A DNA stretch of 63,999 nt, the filler included, from Sphacelaria rigidula (Eukaryota), in the NCBI GenBank assembly GCA_964200075.2. It is 5 parts of 5 records of this genome, joined end to end, with 100 filler letters (N's around TTAATTAATTAA, not from the genome) between each part and the next. Parts side by side here need not be neighbours in the genome. Positions count along the whole stretch, not along the records: positions 12,831 to 25,559 come from CAXNAA020003465.1; 4 more parts are not named here. One strand, given 5' to 3'. Below the pieces are notes generated by a model. The model did no database searches, was not told where the DNA came from, and saw only the letters and a list, made by a program, of their open reading frames with translations. A program made the translations under genes and the position numbers. Shown one piece after another: positions 12,997 through 25,659 of this stretch; the first letter of the stretch is position 1, and each line of letters opens with the position of its first letter.

Positions 12997-13248
12997 CTTC
13001 ACTCGAGCAACTTGAGGGCACTCTGGGGTGCCCGTGGTCCACAGATGTCGTGTCTGTCCTAGCACCTCTGACTCCGACACTCGCATAGCCATAGCCCGAT
13101 CCCTCATGGTATGTGTGTCGGTTTGCCCCCCTCCTTCGTGGCCTATGCTCGTGTGTACCGTTGCATCTTGTGTCAGTCGAAAGGAGCTATCGAAGTACCT
13201 CGACAGTAGAATTTCACCCTGTGGATTTGTGATCAGAATACTATTCAT
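12997..13248 (-). CDS. First exon of a longin-fold adaptor/coat subunit (AP sigma/mu N-terminus, zeta-COP or TSPOON-like), partial
   Basis: MNSILITNPQGEILLSRYF is the typical longin beta1-beta2 start; 84 codons ending at AAG|gtatgt; rest of gene off contig. Confidence 0.6.
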
Positions 13249-15436
13249 CGCTCTCTGTTACTTGGCTAGTCTCTGTAGAGTGCTACGCTGTACCAAGAAT
13301 GTTTACCGTAGCCGTACTGCGGTGCTGCCAGCTCCCAACATGTAGCACACAGCAACACAGAAGTGCACACGCGGCACAACCGGTCCTAAGGACTGTATGT
13401 CTATATGTGCCACGGGTGTACCGCGCAATTGACAGGCTGAAATTGGCACCGAATGTATTTAAGAGCTGATATATATTCCGTGTCGACGTGCGATGCTAGC
13501 TGTGCCGGCAGCACTCCAGATGCTGTCAGGACAAGGTGTTGGGCGAAGTTAAGCGCCTGCGGGAAGATACCTGCCTTCCTGTCTTGCACTACGACAGTCT
13601 CGCGGACAGTTTCGTGGGTCTGAACAGTGGGCTAATGTTTAAGGTCCCACATCTGGTTGCAGTCGTGTAACGGACAATCACGAGCAGCACGCGAGCTGCG
13701 AGACAGGTGCGCTGTGCAATATCTTCCTAGGAACAAGGCCAAAAAAAAAGTCAAATGTATGGTTATTGTATTGTGTATTTCCCCCTTCGTTTAGAATGCG
13801 TGAGTAACGCACACGTGCTGCAACACTGGTGCGTAGAATCAGCGCAACATCCATCACGGCGTATAACACCCCCTCGATGATCAGCTTTTCCACCTCGATT
13901 TTCGCACGAGTCTCATTTTATGAGCGATCTCGACGAGACCTCTTCCAACAATACAAATTTGGGGACAACGTACTCGCGGTTTGCGATGAAATTGAGGGTT
14001 GAATATTCATTTGTCAGCCATTATGCGACAATGAACGAATCGAGTCAACCAATCCCCACGCGGGGTGTTACGCCCTCGTCATATGCCGCATCTGGTGAAC
14101 ATATCCACGCGGCTTGCCGACCAAGTATTGAAAGCAGATGACATGGCAGGGATTGAAACGATAATGGAAATAGGCCGCAGATAGTGGCCGAATAGATTGA
14201 GTATCTGTGCTGACTGTCCTGTGTCGGCCCAAGAAATGCAGTTGTCGGCGGTATTTATCCCATACAACGGCTTGGTATTTTTCCCTGGCGACATCCAAAA
14301 GCACCGCAGGAGGAGGATAGAGCGCTACGAGCAAAAAAGGAACACTCCTGTGTCGACCTTCCTCCTATGTGACTCCGGCAGATGCGTCCACATGTATCGA
14401 AAGGCGTAGACTGACGTCCAGAATAGATGAGATGACAACCCACATACGTACACAGTGTAACGTTTCCTCAAGAGTCAGTGGTACGTGTCGCGCTGGTCGG
14501 TAGATGTCGTTGGTCGGTAGCCAAAACCCTATCTCAGCGACCATTGTTCGAACCCCTTGTATTTTTGCCTGTGTTGGAGATTGAAACGAGAACTTGGTTT
14601 GATCGGTATTAAACAAAAAAACGACCAATAAAAGGCGAAACCGATATTCGTGTGGATATTCCAGAAAAAGGACAATATGGACAATACTCGGTCTCGATTC
14701 GATATTCCGCTGCTTTTGTTATCAGCGTTCTGTGTGAGATGTAGCGGGTGTGGGCGAATTTCAGAACACAGGGGTCCCAGGGGGGGGTGTACTCATGATA
14801 TTGCATGCCGCAGTCGCGAGACTATTGACCTTCCATCCCTACAAAGCCGGGACGGGGCACGCCGAGTATTTGCCGGGCCAGGCTCGCCATCGCCAAACTC
14901 GAAGCGCCGTGATGTGTTCGGCGAGTCGAAGGAAGGATGAGCTGCATCCTGCTAAGATTGTTCGGCCCAAAGCGTAATCATCTTGAATATAGGCGACAGC
15001 CTCCGATTAATTGCTTCATTTTCTGGTATCGCCTCTTCCAAAGACAGCCACAGACTACACTGCCTAATGGGTGTCCCACCATTCAAACACTGCGCAGGAC
15101 GATCATTTCCTTTTGCGCGGAGTTTGAGGTCATCTACCCCTCATAGTATCATCTACCTCGCACCATTCAGGCACCGCAAAGTACGATCATTTCCTTTGCG
15201 TGGATTTCGAGACTCTCGACCCCGCATAGTAAGATTTAAAACAACCACCATCATGGTTACCGTAAAAAATGCAAGCGCAAAAACCTCCGTAACCTGGTTG
15301 CCTAACTTCAGCAATGAGTGGCGTAGTTTACGGCGTCGTTGCCAACTGAAGCCAACCTTCCAAAGGGAAATCCCGGGGTAGCTGCAATGACTATCCCGCA
15401 CACGTTCTTGAAAAATGGGGCCAAATATCTAAATTA

Positions 15437-15656
15437 CCGTAAATTGTGCGAGTCATCGCACACCCCCTGGACCGAATTGCAAAGCTCGATTATTCCATGG
15501 CGAAGAAGGTGCCAATACCAAACGACGCGTTTTCGGACAGCTATCGATGACATCTTTCCAGCGACACCCTTTTCAGAACTGGTGTTCTTCGTGTTGTGGA
15601 GTAATCGAGCTTTGGAATTCGGTCCAGGGGGTGTGCGATGACTCCCACAATTACGG
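15437..15656. mobile_element. MITE with ~60-bp TIRs and TA flanks (Tc1/mariner-pogo-like)
   Basis: ta|CCGTAAATTGTGCGAGTCATCGCACACCCCCTGGACCGAATT... inverted as ...AATTCGGTCCAGGGGGTGTGCGATGACTCCCACAATTACGG|ta. Confidence 0.8.
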
Positions 15657-17531
15657 TAATCGAGAATCGACACTCTATACTCGATGTTGATTCGAATCAA
15701 CAAATATTGGCTTTTCAGGCGGTCATTTCTATTCGCAGGATCGCTGATTAAACCGCGATCTTTTTTGCAGTTCAATACCGACCTTTAACACTGACGTTCA
15801 CAATGTTCATCAGTGTTATTTGCCATAACCCTACTATGCGTGTTCAACTTGCGTTTAGAATTGAACATTGACGAAATTGATGGTGGCAATATTCAACACA
15901 CGGAAGCATACATGCAGTACTAGGCGCACGGCCACCCCCACAAAGACATTCTGGTTTCACCGCAAAATTCGATTGTGGATTACTCAACTTGAAATATAGA
16001 GACTCGTCCAAATACGCTTTAGTTTCAAGGCATACATCCTTTAGAAACAGCCCGCGTTTGCTCGTGTAGCAGTATCGGCCCCTGCAACGATGTGCAGGCG
16101 GTGTTGGTGCGCACAGCAACACACACCGCCCTGGATTCCGAGCTGTTCTCAAAGACGTTGCTACCGAAACGTTAGCGTGCCGTAGTATATGATTGCTTTA
16201 ACCCCTCCGATTCCAAGCGGAAAATCTCCACTCCCGCATATAGTGAAGGTTCTCAAACCGAACGTGCCTACGATGAAATTGTCTGCGACCACAAAATACG
16301 CGCCAGAGTTCATTGCTTGAAGCACGTCAATCGCATTTCGTGCGATTCACAGGTGACGTGTGTGCATCTCATGCGACTGATCGAACACAGGGAGTACATC
16401 ACATCGGGCTGATCGAACACAGTGAGTGCATCACTACCCATAGGGTGACACTCGCGTGGCTCTCTCTGTGGGTAGTGTTGAGCTCGCTGGGTCCTGTTAC
16501 TCATCTTTAGCCGTATGTAGAAAAATACAAGGGTGCATCAGCTCTTCATGTGATACTTTTACAGGGCAAGCGCGCGCGTGTGTGTGTATGTGTGTGTTTG
16601 GGCAATGCATGTCATCCTTACCGCAAATTTTCCCACAAAACGCATGTCCGTGCACAAGCACTAAGCAAATTAGATTTTAAGCAATTCCCTGCGGTGTCGC
16701 AATGGGCTTAGCTTGCGGTACACACAAGTTGAAGCAAGATTGTGACAAAGCACAGCTCAGCAGCAGAAGCAGCACACAGAGAGGCACACAGAATAGCACA
16801 CCTGTGATGGGCCTCATGACCTGAAAGTTCAAACGGCTGGAAATCTGCTGACATTTTCTGCCAGTTCGAATTTGTGGAATCGCGAAATCCTTCGACACAG
16901 AATTTGTTTAGAACCACATTCGCCACCCCAACATTTTACCAACGCAGAACAACAGTTGGGTGTGGCTTCCACAACTTTCGCGATGGTGAAGTCGAGCGGG
17001 TACGTATCCTACTCTATCTTGCTGTGAGGCTTTGCAATACTGAAAACATGCGGTTAGCTTCCACGACGGAAGGCCGCGATGTCCGATGCCGGTTCAAGGT
17101 CTCCGCTGCGTAGTGTTCTTTTTTGTTACTCGCAGTGTACTAGTACCTCAGCTTGCCCACAGTACCGCGAGAGTCTTCAGCCACGGTATTGCTCTACATG
17201 TTCGCCATTTTCGCCAACCCGTTTGCCGAGCGATCCCAATTGATCTGACCTGATCTGACTCGATCTGATCTCACCTCACTGCACCGGCACATAGTGCTGT
17301 TTTGCGTCTGCCGATTTTTCTGGTGGTGGATTGGCAGTACATAAACATGCCCGAATGTCCAATTGCAGACTGCCACCTGAATGTAGCGGTTTGTGCACGA
17401 GCCAGTGGAAACAACCAACCAGAGTAGCTAGTCTAGCTATCGCGATGCCTCGTGAAAATGTTTATTAGACTGTACATAAAGTACGTACGAGACTGACGTC
17501 AAATAACTGTACGCCAATACAGGTCTCAAAG

Positions 17532-20500
17532 ATGACCATGCTCGGGAGCACCAGATATGGCAAACGCAAAGCAATGCTAGCCATGTATGGCTATGCCGCC
17601 GTGACAAGGAGATGCCAGCCGGTTCTAGCGTACTCCGTGAATTCTTCACCCTTTTCCTCTGGGGATCTGCGCTCACTCTCGTCAGGCCACCCTAGTAGTA
17701 AGGCCTCCAACGACGAAGATTTCATCACTGGGACTGGCGGTGTGAATCGCGCAGCCGGTGGTGACACCAACAGCAGCGCTACAGTCAAGGGCGGTGGTGC
17801 GATTGACGACACGACGAGAAATGCGACGCTGGAGTACCGAAAAAGTATTTGCACTGGTGACGGACGTAATCGAAATATCTTTGACAGCCAATCGACAAAC
17901 GGACACGCGGAAAATGCTGAGAAAGGCAACAACGGCGCGCCGGAAAATCGAATCGATGGCAGGGAGGTGTCTGTGCAGGGCAGTGGTAACTACAGGGGAT
18001 TTGCGCAAGCGGTGAAAGACTTCATTGCAGGGGGTAAACAACTGTGGGCCGAGTTAGGGCTTGCCAAAAAGGCAAAAGAGAAGCAGGCAGCGGGATACGC
18101 GCTTACCCTGGACGAACAACGCTTGATACGAAATGTGAGGATGTGAGGATTTAGGTTTGCGTATCTCGCTTTTGGAGTTGAAGTTCGTTTCGTAGAACTG
18201 AGGTACTCTAGTGGTGCCACGTCGAATGTCATGTCAAGCCTGTTGCATCAAACTGTACATGTAGTGCTTCGAGCTGTTGTGGGGATATTGGTTTTTTGGT
18301 AAACGTCCGAACTGCTATGTAATCGTGCATCACTTCATCTGAGTCTTGAGTATAGTAGGTGCTATAATGATCACACCGCCGCCCGTATTTTCAATTCATT
18401 GCAGTTCGTTGTTCTCCCAGATTTCACGTTGCAGCTGTGTTTGATGTTCGATCTTTGCTGCCACGCTCCGTCGAAGCTGGCGAGGATGCGACAGCGAATC
18501 GATTCCTCTCGGCCGAGACGTTCAATGTTGTACTGTATTGTACAATGCTCGTAGATCTCAAGTATGGTGTCGAGCTGTGTTTTGAACCGTGTGGTATACT
18601 TCCCCATTGCCTACTTGTACATCGCGCAGATCTCACGAGATGTGTACAAGGCCTTCCCCATATTAGCGATCTTCGCCGTACCCATCGTAGGCTACCTCGG
18701 GCCTATGTTGGGCGTGTTATACCCCAAGGTTCTGCTCCCGGCGCAGTTCTGGACATGGAGCCAGCGATTAGAGTACATGCTGCAGGTGACGAGGCGCCTC
18801 TTCGTTGGTGTTTTGCGTGGGAGAAATGATGGAAAGTTGCGTCGTGCCTCTTGAAGTGTTACTGTACGATGGTCGATACCGTGAGGTTGACGTGCACCAT
18901 TCGAATATCGAGTTAGTTAAGGATGGCAACTGATTGAAATTCACGGACATACACAACTCAGTCCAATGAATAAAGTGCCCGTCACCTCAGTTCGATTCTC
19001 TGACCAGTAGCGCGTTGTCGAAGCCCCTCCAATAAACTTGATGGCATGATACGTAAAGGGTACAAACAAGTATTATGATGGCGATCAAGTCACTGAATAA
19101 GCACATGGGTACCTCATACATAAATTCACGACTACTCTTTTCCGAGCAGGATGCGCGTGAGCAAGAGCGTTCGTATTTTCCTGCCCTGCGGAGGTGTCTC
19201 GCAGCATATGGTTCACCTCCGCAGCCAAACAGCACGAGAGATGATCTGCTTTCGGCGGCTGGGTAAGGGTGGTACAACCACATGAGATTTTACATGTTTG
19301 TTTTGGTCATCGCAGCAGATTTGACCACGTTAGATTCAGATTCTACGCGAGAGAACAAAATGCTGGTCATACAGAAGGATAGAACTACGAATACGCCCTT
19401 CATGCTTGGGAACTGTTGATTCTTGCTTGTTGCGCTGTTGCTACAACAGAGTTCGTTTTTCTCGGGCAACATGAAACATTCATGGTTTGTGTGTTACAAA
19501 CACGTTGATTCTCTTTAAGCTATACTCCGGAAAAGAGCATTCCCAAAATACCCACCCTCGACGGGAGAAGACCGCCGTCTCGCTTGAACGTGTTTGTCCC
19601 GCACTGAGACCAGCGACGACGCGGAGATGAAATTCTGTGATTACTCTTTCAAAGACAAATGGCGACGAAACCACTTTATGAATGGTTTCACAGGTGTTCT
19701 CGTACGATACAAACCCATCGCGGGTATGTTCGGAGGATCACCGCTGCCGGTACAACGAACAACCCAATGATTTCCCCCGTCGGTTGATGCTGGCCAGGTG
19801 GTTCGAGAACGAGGGGCGGTTGGACAGACTGTCGAGGGTACATCTCAGGCATCTTATCCGCTCGTGCAATCTCATACCGTTCACCAAAAAGGTTTGCTCT
19901 GGTGCCGTGCCCAAGCGAGTGCTGGTGTCTTGGTTGTCGAAAGAGGCAGCCTGGATAAGGTGAATCAATACACGGGCAATCTGTCGCTGTTTTGACGTTG
20001 CTTTTCGATGTCGGAGTTTGTGTTGGGGTAGCTGCACACCGGAAATTCAATATTTCCCCGACATATTGCTCTAGGAATCGCCGCTCCCAACACGTCGATA
20101 GGTTCATGCGAAACTCATGTCACACCGGGTGCTGCATGTTGGAGGCCACCTTCCGAAGACTGTGCGCATGGCTCTCTTCACTCATCCAAGTATTTGTAGG
20201 CCGAACGTTAGTATTAGTATCCAACCGCATGCGTACGACTCAGCTGAGATATGAGAGCTATTTTGTGTGCCTGATCAATTTTGATCACTTGCACAACGTG
20301 TCACCAATCTATCGACAACCCTTCGGGGTGACGTTGCATTGGAGCCAACTGTGTGCAATGCATTCCCTGTAAAATACCCTGTGCGATAGTACGCTACCCT
20401 AGCTTGGCGAAAACAGCAGCACTCCTTGTTATAATATTCCCACGTCCAAACAAAAGTTTCCAAGGCTACTCGAATGGCAGAGAACAACAAAAACGTTCTC

Positions 20501-21544
20501 GATGTTTTAACGGGTAATACCCTGGTTTTCCGTGCTTGTATCACAGCGAGGACGACGCAGTGCTCTTGCAACGTGTGCGCACCCACGGCTGCCTAAAATT
20601 AGAAAATGACACGGACCAACGTGAGGCAGATGGGCAGACGACAACCAGCACCGCCAAGGCTGAGCTGGCTCAAAGAACAACTCTTTCATGTCAAGAGCTG
20701 CGCGTATTGTGCTGGGAAAGGGGGTTACTGAGATGCCAGCCAGGCGGGGCGGCGGGTGGGAAAGGGGTGGGGGAAAGCGGTGGTGATGACGATTCAACGC
20801 TTCTCCACAGGTGTTGGGTTAATTCAATCTTCATGTTGAACATGATTCGGCGCTTTCGCTTTTGTTGTGCAGTTTCACGAGGGATTTCTGTGTAGTGTGT
20901 GTTTTGCGCCAGCACTGCTTTTGTGACGAGGGGACTATTTATAGCCTGGAGATGCACTATTTTTTTGGCGCAGTTGGAAGCACCATACCACACAGTAGGC
21001 AACAGGTGAGGCTTCTAGCAAGTCGTGAATAAAGCGTTCGATCACCCCAAACATTATTTTGCTCTCAGAGGAATGCCACAAACACGGTAAACTCATGGCG
21101 GGTGTAGCTTTCCGAAATAGATGTGGCAACATGGTCACGCTCAACGATTGAAACCTATATCGCTTGTTGCAAGACCAGTAAAACGCGAGGCTGTTCGTTG
21201 TATGTAGCTGTTGCTATTGCAGAATGGTGTTAGCGCTTGTTTTCCAACATTTCGAATCTGTGCCTTCCGCTCTTCCTCGATTCGTAAGCGAGATGACCGA
21301 TCGCTTTAACGTTCATTCACTACCTTTGTGTTTTTTGTTCCTATGCCCGGTGGTCTGATGGCATCGTTACCTTCCGTTTTTTTTGGGTTCCAGGTTGGAA
21401 GTTTGGCTTTCCCTCTACTCCGAAGATGACGTGACGAGAACAATCGGTGGAAGAGTCGAGACCAAGTCCACCACCTTCCAGCAACGTCGCCATGTACCTC
21501 TTTCCATGGTGCTGCATGCACCTGTTTTATTGCGGTTTAGCTGA
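17532..21544 (+). CDS. LETMD1: LETM1-domain protein, LETMD1-like, mitochondrial; complete 6-exon model, 482 aa
   Basis: Exons 17532-18134, 18630-18785, 19150-19262, 19798-19959, 20547-20810, 21394-21544, all GT-AG and phase-consistent. Motifs GGKQLWAEL, RDVYKAFPILAIFAVPIVGYLGPMLGVLYPKVLLPAQFWT, LDRLSRVHLRHL, EDDAVL, LSCQELRVLCWERGL, RLEVWL...SMVLH; Arg/Ser-rich N-terminus. Confidence 0.85.
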
Positions 21545-23012
21545 CGTACCAACTACAGGGTAGTCGTACCTCTCCTATGTTGCGATGCAGCTGACCTACA
21601 ACCTAAATTTCAGCCGTAGCCTCATGTGATGATGCCCTGTGAGGTGAAGATTCAGCTCCTGTGCCCATGGCTTTCCAGTTCAAGCCAACTGATGTTGAAA
21701 ATAAAGTTCCCATGCTTATTGTGGTGGTCCTGAGGTCTTACGATCTATTTAACACAGCTATAGTGTTGTGGTAGTCCTTAATTTAATCATACCATCGGTC
21801 GCCCGCACGGTTCTGACTGGGGTTTGATTTTGGCCTTTTCATTGACTTGGTATCGAAATGTCAAAGTGTGTTGGATGCAGTATCGAGGAACTCGACAGGT
21901 GTCATAATAAGCAGTGCGTAAGAAGAAGTGCTGGGACGGCGCATCGTTGGTGACTGAGTATATCGCCTCTAGGTGACTGACGTTCCCACCCATTTTCTAG
22001 AAAACTCAAGACTTTTCCCGAGAGCTCCCGTACAGTACATGGATTTTTTCGAAGGCACGAATTCGGCGCAGTTCTCCAGAAAGAGTGTGGAAACGTTTTA
22101 CCCGAGAGTGTTACTTCATTCCCTACGATATTGGTGCATCGGCACATTCGTGTGCGCATACTACTTACTCGCTGTCGCCGTGGTTCCCGTTGTAGTCGAA
22201 AGACTCTTTGAAGTAAAAAGCGTTCATTTTAAAGTTGTTATCTATTTAAGGTCGGCGAAATGTAAACCCGACTTGAGTACCCCATAGAGAGTAGGATCCT
22301 GCAACAGAGTGGGTAGCTTAACGAGGAGGCCAACAATATTTGAGGTAGTTGAAATGCCCGTATTCTTTATCTGGCTTGAAGAAGACCGCGTCGGCTTCAG
22401 GAGAAAGATGTGTGAGTTGCTTGCTGCCTGGGGCTGGCCCTGTAGGCACATGTACGGTATCGTACCTTTCGCATCCATTTAAGGATCAAGTAAGCAGTAA
22501 GTGTGTATCATGAGATGAATGGAGGTGTATGCAGCATGCAAGGCCTCCCAACTCGAGGTTCGTTTTGTGTGTTGAGCTTTATCGATTACTTTCGCTGGCG
22601 TCGAGAGTTTCCGTTGCAGACTAGTGCTAGGTTACATTTGCGACTCAACTCGGTGGAAACGGTTTTTAAGGCCCTGTAGTTCGTTTGCCGCAAGTCGCCC
22701 AGTCATTTCAGACACTCGATTACGTGGACACTGGAGGGATCTCGCAAATCACATCCCAACTGACAGGCTGATCCATCAAGACGAACGTGTTGCGAAGTTT
22801 GAACAGGAATACCCCAAACCACTCTGCAGGTTATTGCTAACCCTGTAGCGGGAGAACTTTGAGCTCCCGCGGTGAAAGTTGGCGTACTGTCATGTAATTG
22901 TCATGAAAAATATTCGGGGTATTCGTCACAGAAAATAAGGTAGGTGGCCCAGAGTCGCAGGAAGCAGAAGGCAAAATACGATGAACACTAAATTTCCTCA
23001 CCATGCGTCAAC

Positions 23013-23455
23013 ACACGGGATTTTACTAATTCGGGATGGATTTTTTATTGAGGATGAGAACCCGGAGAATTAAAATCTTCGTATCCACACCAAATCTTCG
23101 AAATATAGTTCCACTTCTTCACCTACTGGTAACTATTTGCTACTACACGCCACACAAATTTGGATCCTGATGACCAACATGTTCGGGTCCTAGGTGAAGA
23201 ATCATTTTTCGGGCAATTTAGATGATCCGATCAGATCGCCGAGACTCCCGAAAATAGATTTTTCATCTCAGACTCACCCCAACATTTTGGTTATCGAAAT
23301 CCAAATTTATATGGCGTATAGTAATTGTCAAAAGCTACCAGCAAGTGAAGAAATGGAACCATATTTTGAAAGTTTGGTGTGGATACGAAGGTTTTAGTTT
23401 TCCGGGTTTCTTATCCTCAATAAAAAGTGCGTCTCCAATCTGTAAAATCCCGTGT
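23013..23455. mobile_element. Foldback MITE, copy 1 (~440 bp, almost entirely palindromic)
   Basis: Ends ACACGGGATTTTAC...GTAAAATCCCGTGT; arms pair imperfectly over ~190 bp around a central GATCCGATCAGATC. Confidence 0.9.
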
Positions 23456-24028
23456 TTCAAGTTGATGTTGACGCTTTGTTGACCGCCTCTCCACTTTCAC
23501 GTTGTTACTCGCCTAGTCGTGGAACTAACACCGGTCACAGCTTTTGACCTATGGTGACCAGAACATACAGCATCATGACCTGCCGCCGCTAGCTGCGTAA
23601 GCATTTGCCAAATCCGGGGTTTTCAGTCTGCGGCGGTGGAACTGGCCCTCTCTCTTGTGAGGGAGGGCAACGGGCGCCGTAAACCACAACGTTAATCATC
23701 ACAAACCCAAGGGGTTATCCAGTGCCGTGTGCCTGCCTTAGGGAAACAGAACATGCTGTGCATAGAACAACTTCTTGCAGCAGCTATCAGGCAGCACTTT
23801 GCTCCATACCAATCAAACACTTCGTCATGGCCGGTTTTGACAGCCTCGCTGACTGCATTTCGTGGACAGGGACGACCACGACTATTCTCTACACTGAAAC
23901 ACCGCTAGCTGCTCCCAGTACGCAGTTGTTGCAGTCGTGCATTCGCGCTGCCCCTACCCGTTGTTTTTGTAGCCCCACTACAAATAAAAGAGCTGACACT
24001 TACGCACGTCACCTACGTCTAGCTGTCT

Positions 24029-24462
24029 AAACGGGATTTTACAAATCGGGGATGGATCTTTCATTGGAGATGAGAAACCCGGGGGATGAAAATCTTCGTA
24101 TTCACATCCAATCTTTGAAGTATGCTTCCATTTCTTCACTTGCTGGTAGCTATATTGACAACTTCTACACGCCATACAAATTTGGACTTCGATAACCGAA
24201 ACGTTGGGATCATAGGGGGAAAACTAATTTTGGGGGATTTAAGGTGTCCGATCGGACGCCAAAATTGTTTTTTCACCTAGGACCCCGAAATTTCGGTTAT
24301 CGAAATCCAAATTTGTTGGGTGTGAAGTATAGTTCTCAATAGCTACCAGCAAGTGAAGAAATGGACGCATACTTCGAAGATTTGGTGTTGATACAAAGGT
24401 TTGAATCCTCGGGGTTTTCATCCCCAATAAAATATCCATCCCCATTTCGTAAAATCCCGTGT
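24029..24462. mobile_element. Foldback MITE, copy 2
   Basis: ACGGGATTTTAC...GTAAAATCCCGTGT, internal TTCTTCACTTGCTGGTAGCTA / TAGCTACCAGCAAGTGAAGAA; same family as 23013-23455. Confidence 0.9.
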
Positions 24463-25559
24463 CTTTTTGCTTGCATGTCCCAACCGCACCCGTTGGCCCT
24501 GCATCATTCAAGCATCTGCGCGTGCCCAATAGCTGACAGCGGCAACCGTGTGAGGATTACGTGCGTTCTATCGGGAAATGGGAGCGGAAACAACACGCAT
24601 CGCGTAGGGAATGCAACCGAGTACGGTTGGTCAATCTTTTAAAGCACCAGCATTTCTTTTGCCTCATGCTTCCAACCTCTCCCCTTCCTCGGAACGAGTC
24701 TGTAGTTTTGTGATGGTCGAGTCTCAGGGTGGGCGTACAGTTTCAAGGGATCAAGCCATCTTCCCGCGCACACGCAGTACACTTCGGTTTCGCGGGATGA
24801 TATAGCACTTTCGGAAGACGTCGAATCTCGTCGGATCTTTCTTTGCTACTCGCGCCCTCACGTTTCCAACAATGAAAATTGGACCCATCTCACAAGAAAA
24901 TTCTACATGCATCTATGGGAATCAAACCCTCAACCTTCCGTTTTTCAGTTGTACCAGATGGTGGGGCCCGGCGGCCCTACATAAACAAATACCGGTAACT
25001 GATGAAGTCCAAATCAACAAGAAATATGAGGGGACGAAAAAAGTAACGGAAGCAGGATGAGGCAGACACGAAAAATAACGGTCACAAATGTCACGTGACA
25101 CAACCAGAAGCGCGGACGAGATGAATCTGTGGTCGGTCGTCGCTTTGAATTGTGATCCACCACCTCACCAATTAGAGGACAACGTGCCAAAAGATTCGAT
25201 TGGTTCGATCGATCGATTGATTGTCGTACTTTAACTGAACCCCCGGAATTCAGCCGTGGTCACATGATAGACGTGCCCAGAAAAAAGAAAAATGAAACAC
25301 TCGCCAAAGAAAAAGAAGAAGCAGAAAAAGTCGGACAGAACGGCATAGTAGACTTTAGGCCGGATGTTATGGCAACAGATCTTTGGCCCACAGATTTAGG
25401 ATTCCTGGTGCAACAAATCCGCAGCAAATTTGGTTTCGGGAACGATGTTATGGCAGCACACAGATTTTCATACCATACTGTTCTGATTTGTATACCTCCA
25501 CCAGGGTTTCGAGTTTTATGTTTGGCGTGTTTCAACAGTTCACAGTCCCGAAGATGTCT

Positions 25560-25659
25560 NNNNNNNNNNNNNNNNNNNNNNNNNNNNNNNNNNNNNNNNN
25601 NNNTTAATTAATTAANNNNNNNNNNNNNNNNNNNNNNNNNNNNNNNNNNNNNNNNNNNN
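25560..25659. other. Artificial contig linker
   Basis: N44-TTAATTAATTAA-N44. Confidence 0.98.

Noticed and set aside
13400..17200. Many 60-130 aa ORFs between the longin and LETMD1-like genes
   Set aside because: No motifs or compatible splice chain; region contains repeat fragments.
25264..25559. ORF MIDVPRKKKNETLAKEKEE
   Set aside because: A-rich with internal repeats at a contig end; no splice or family support.
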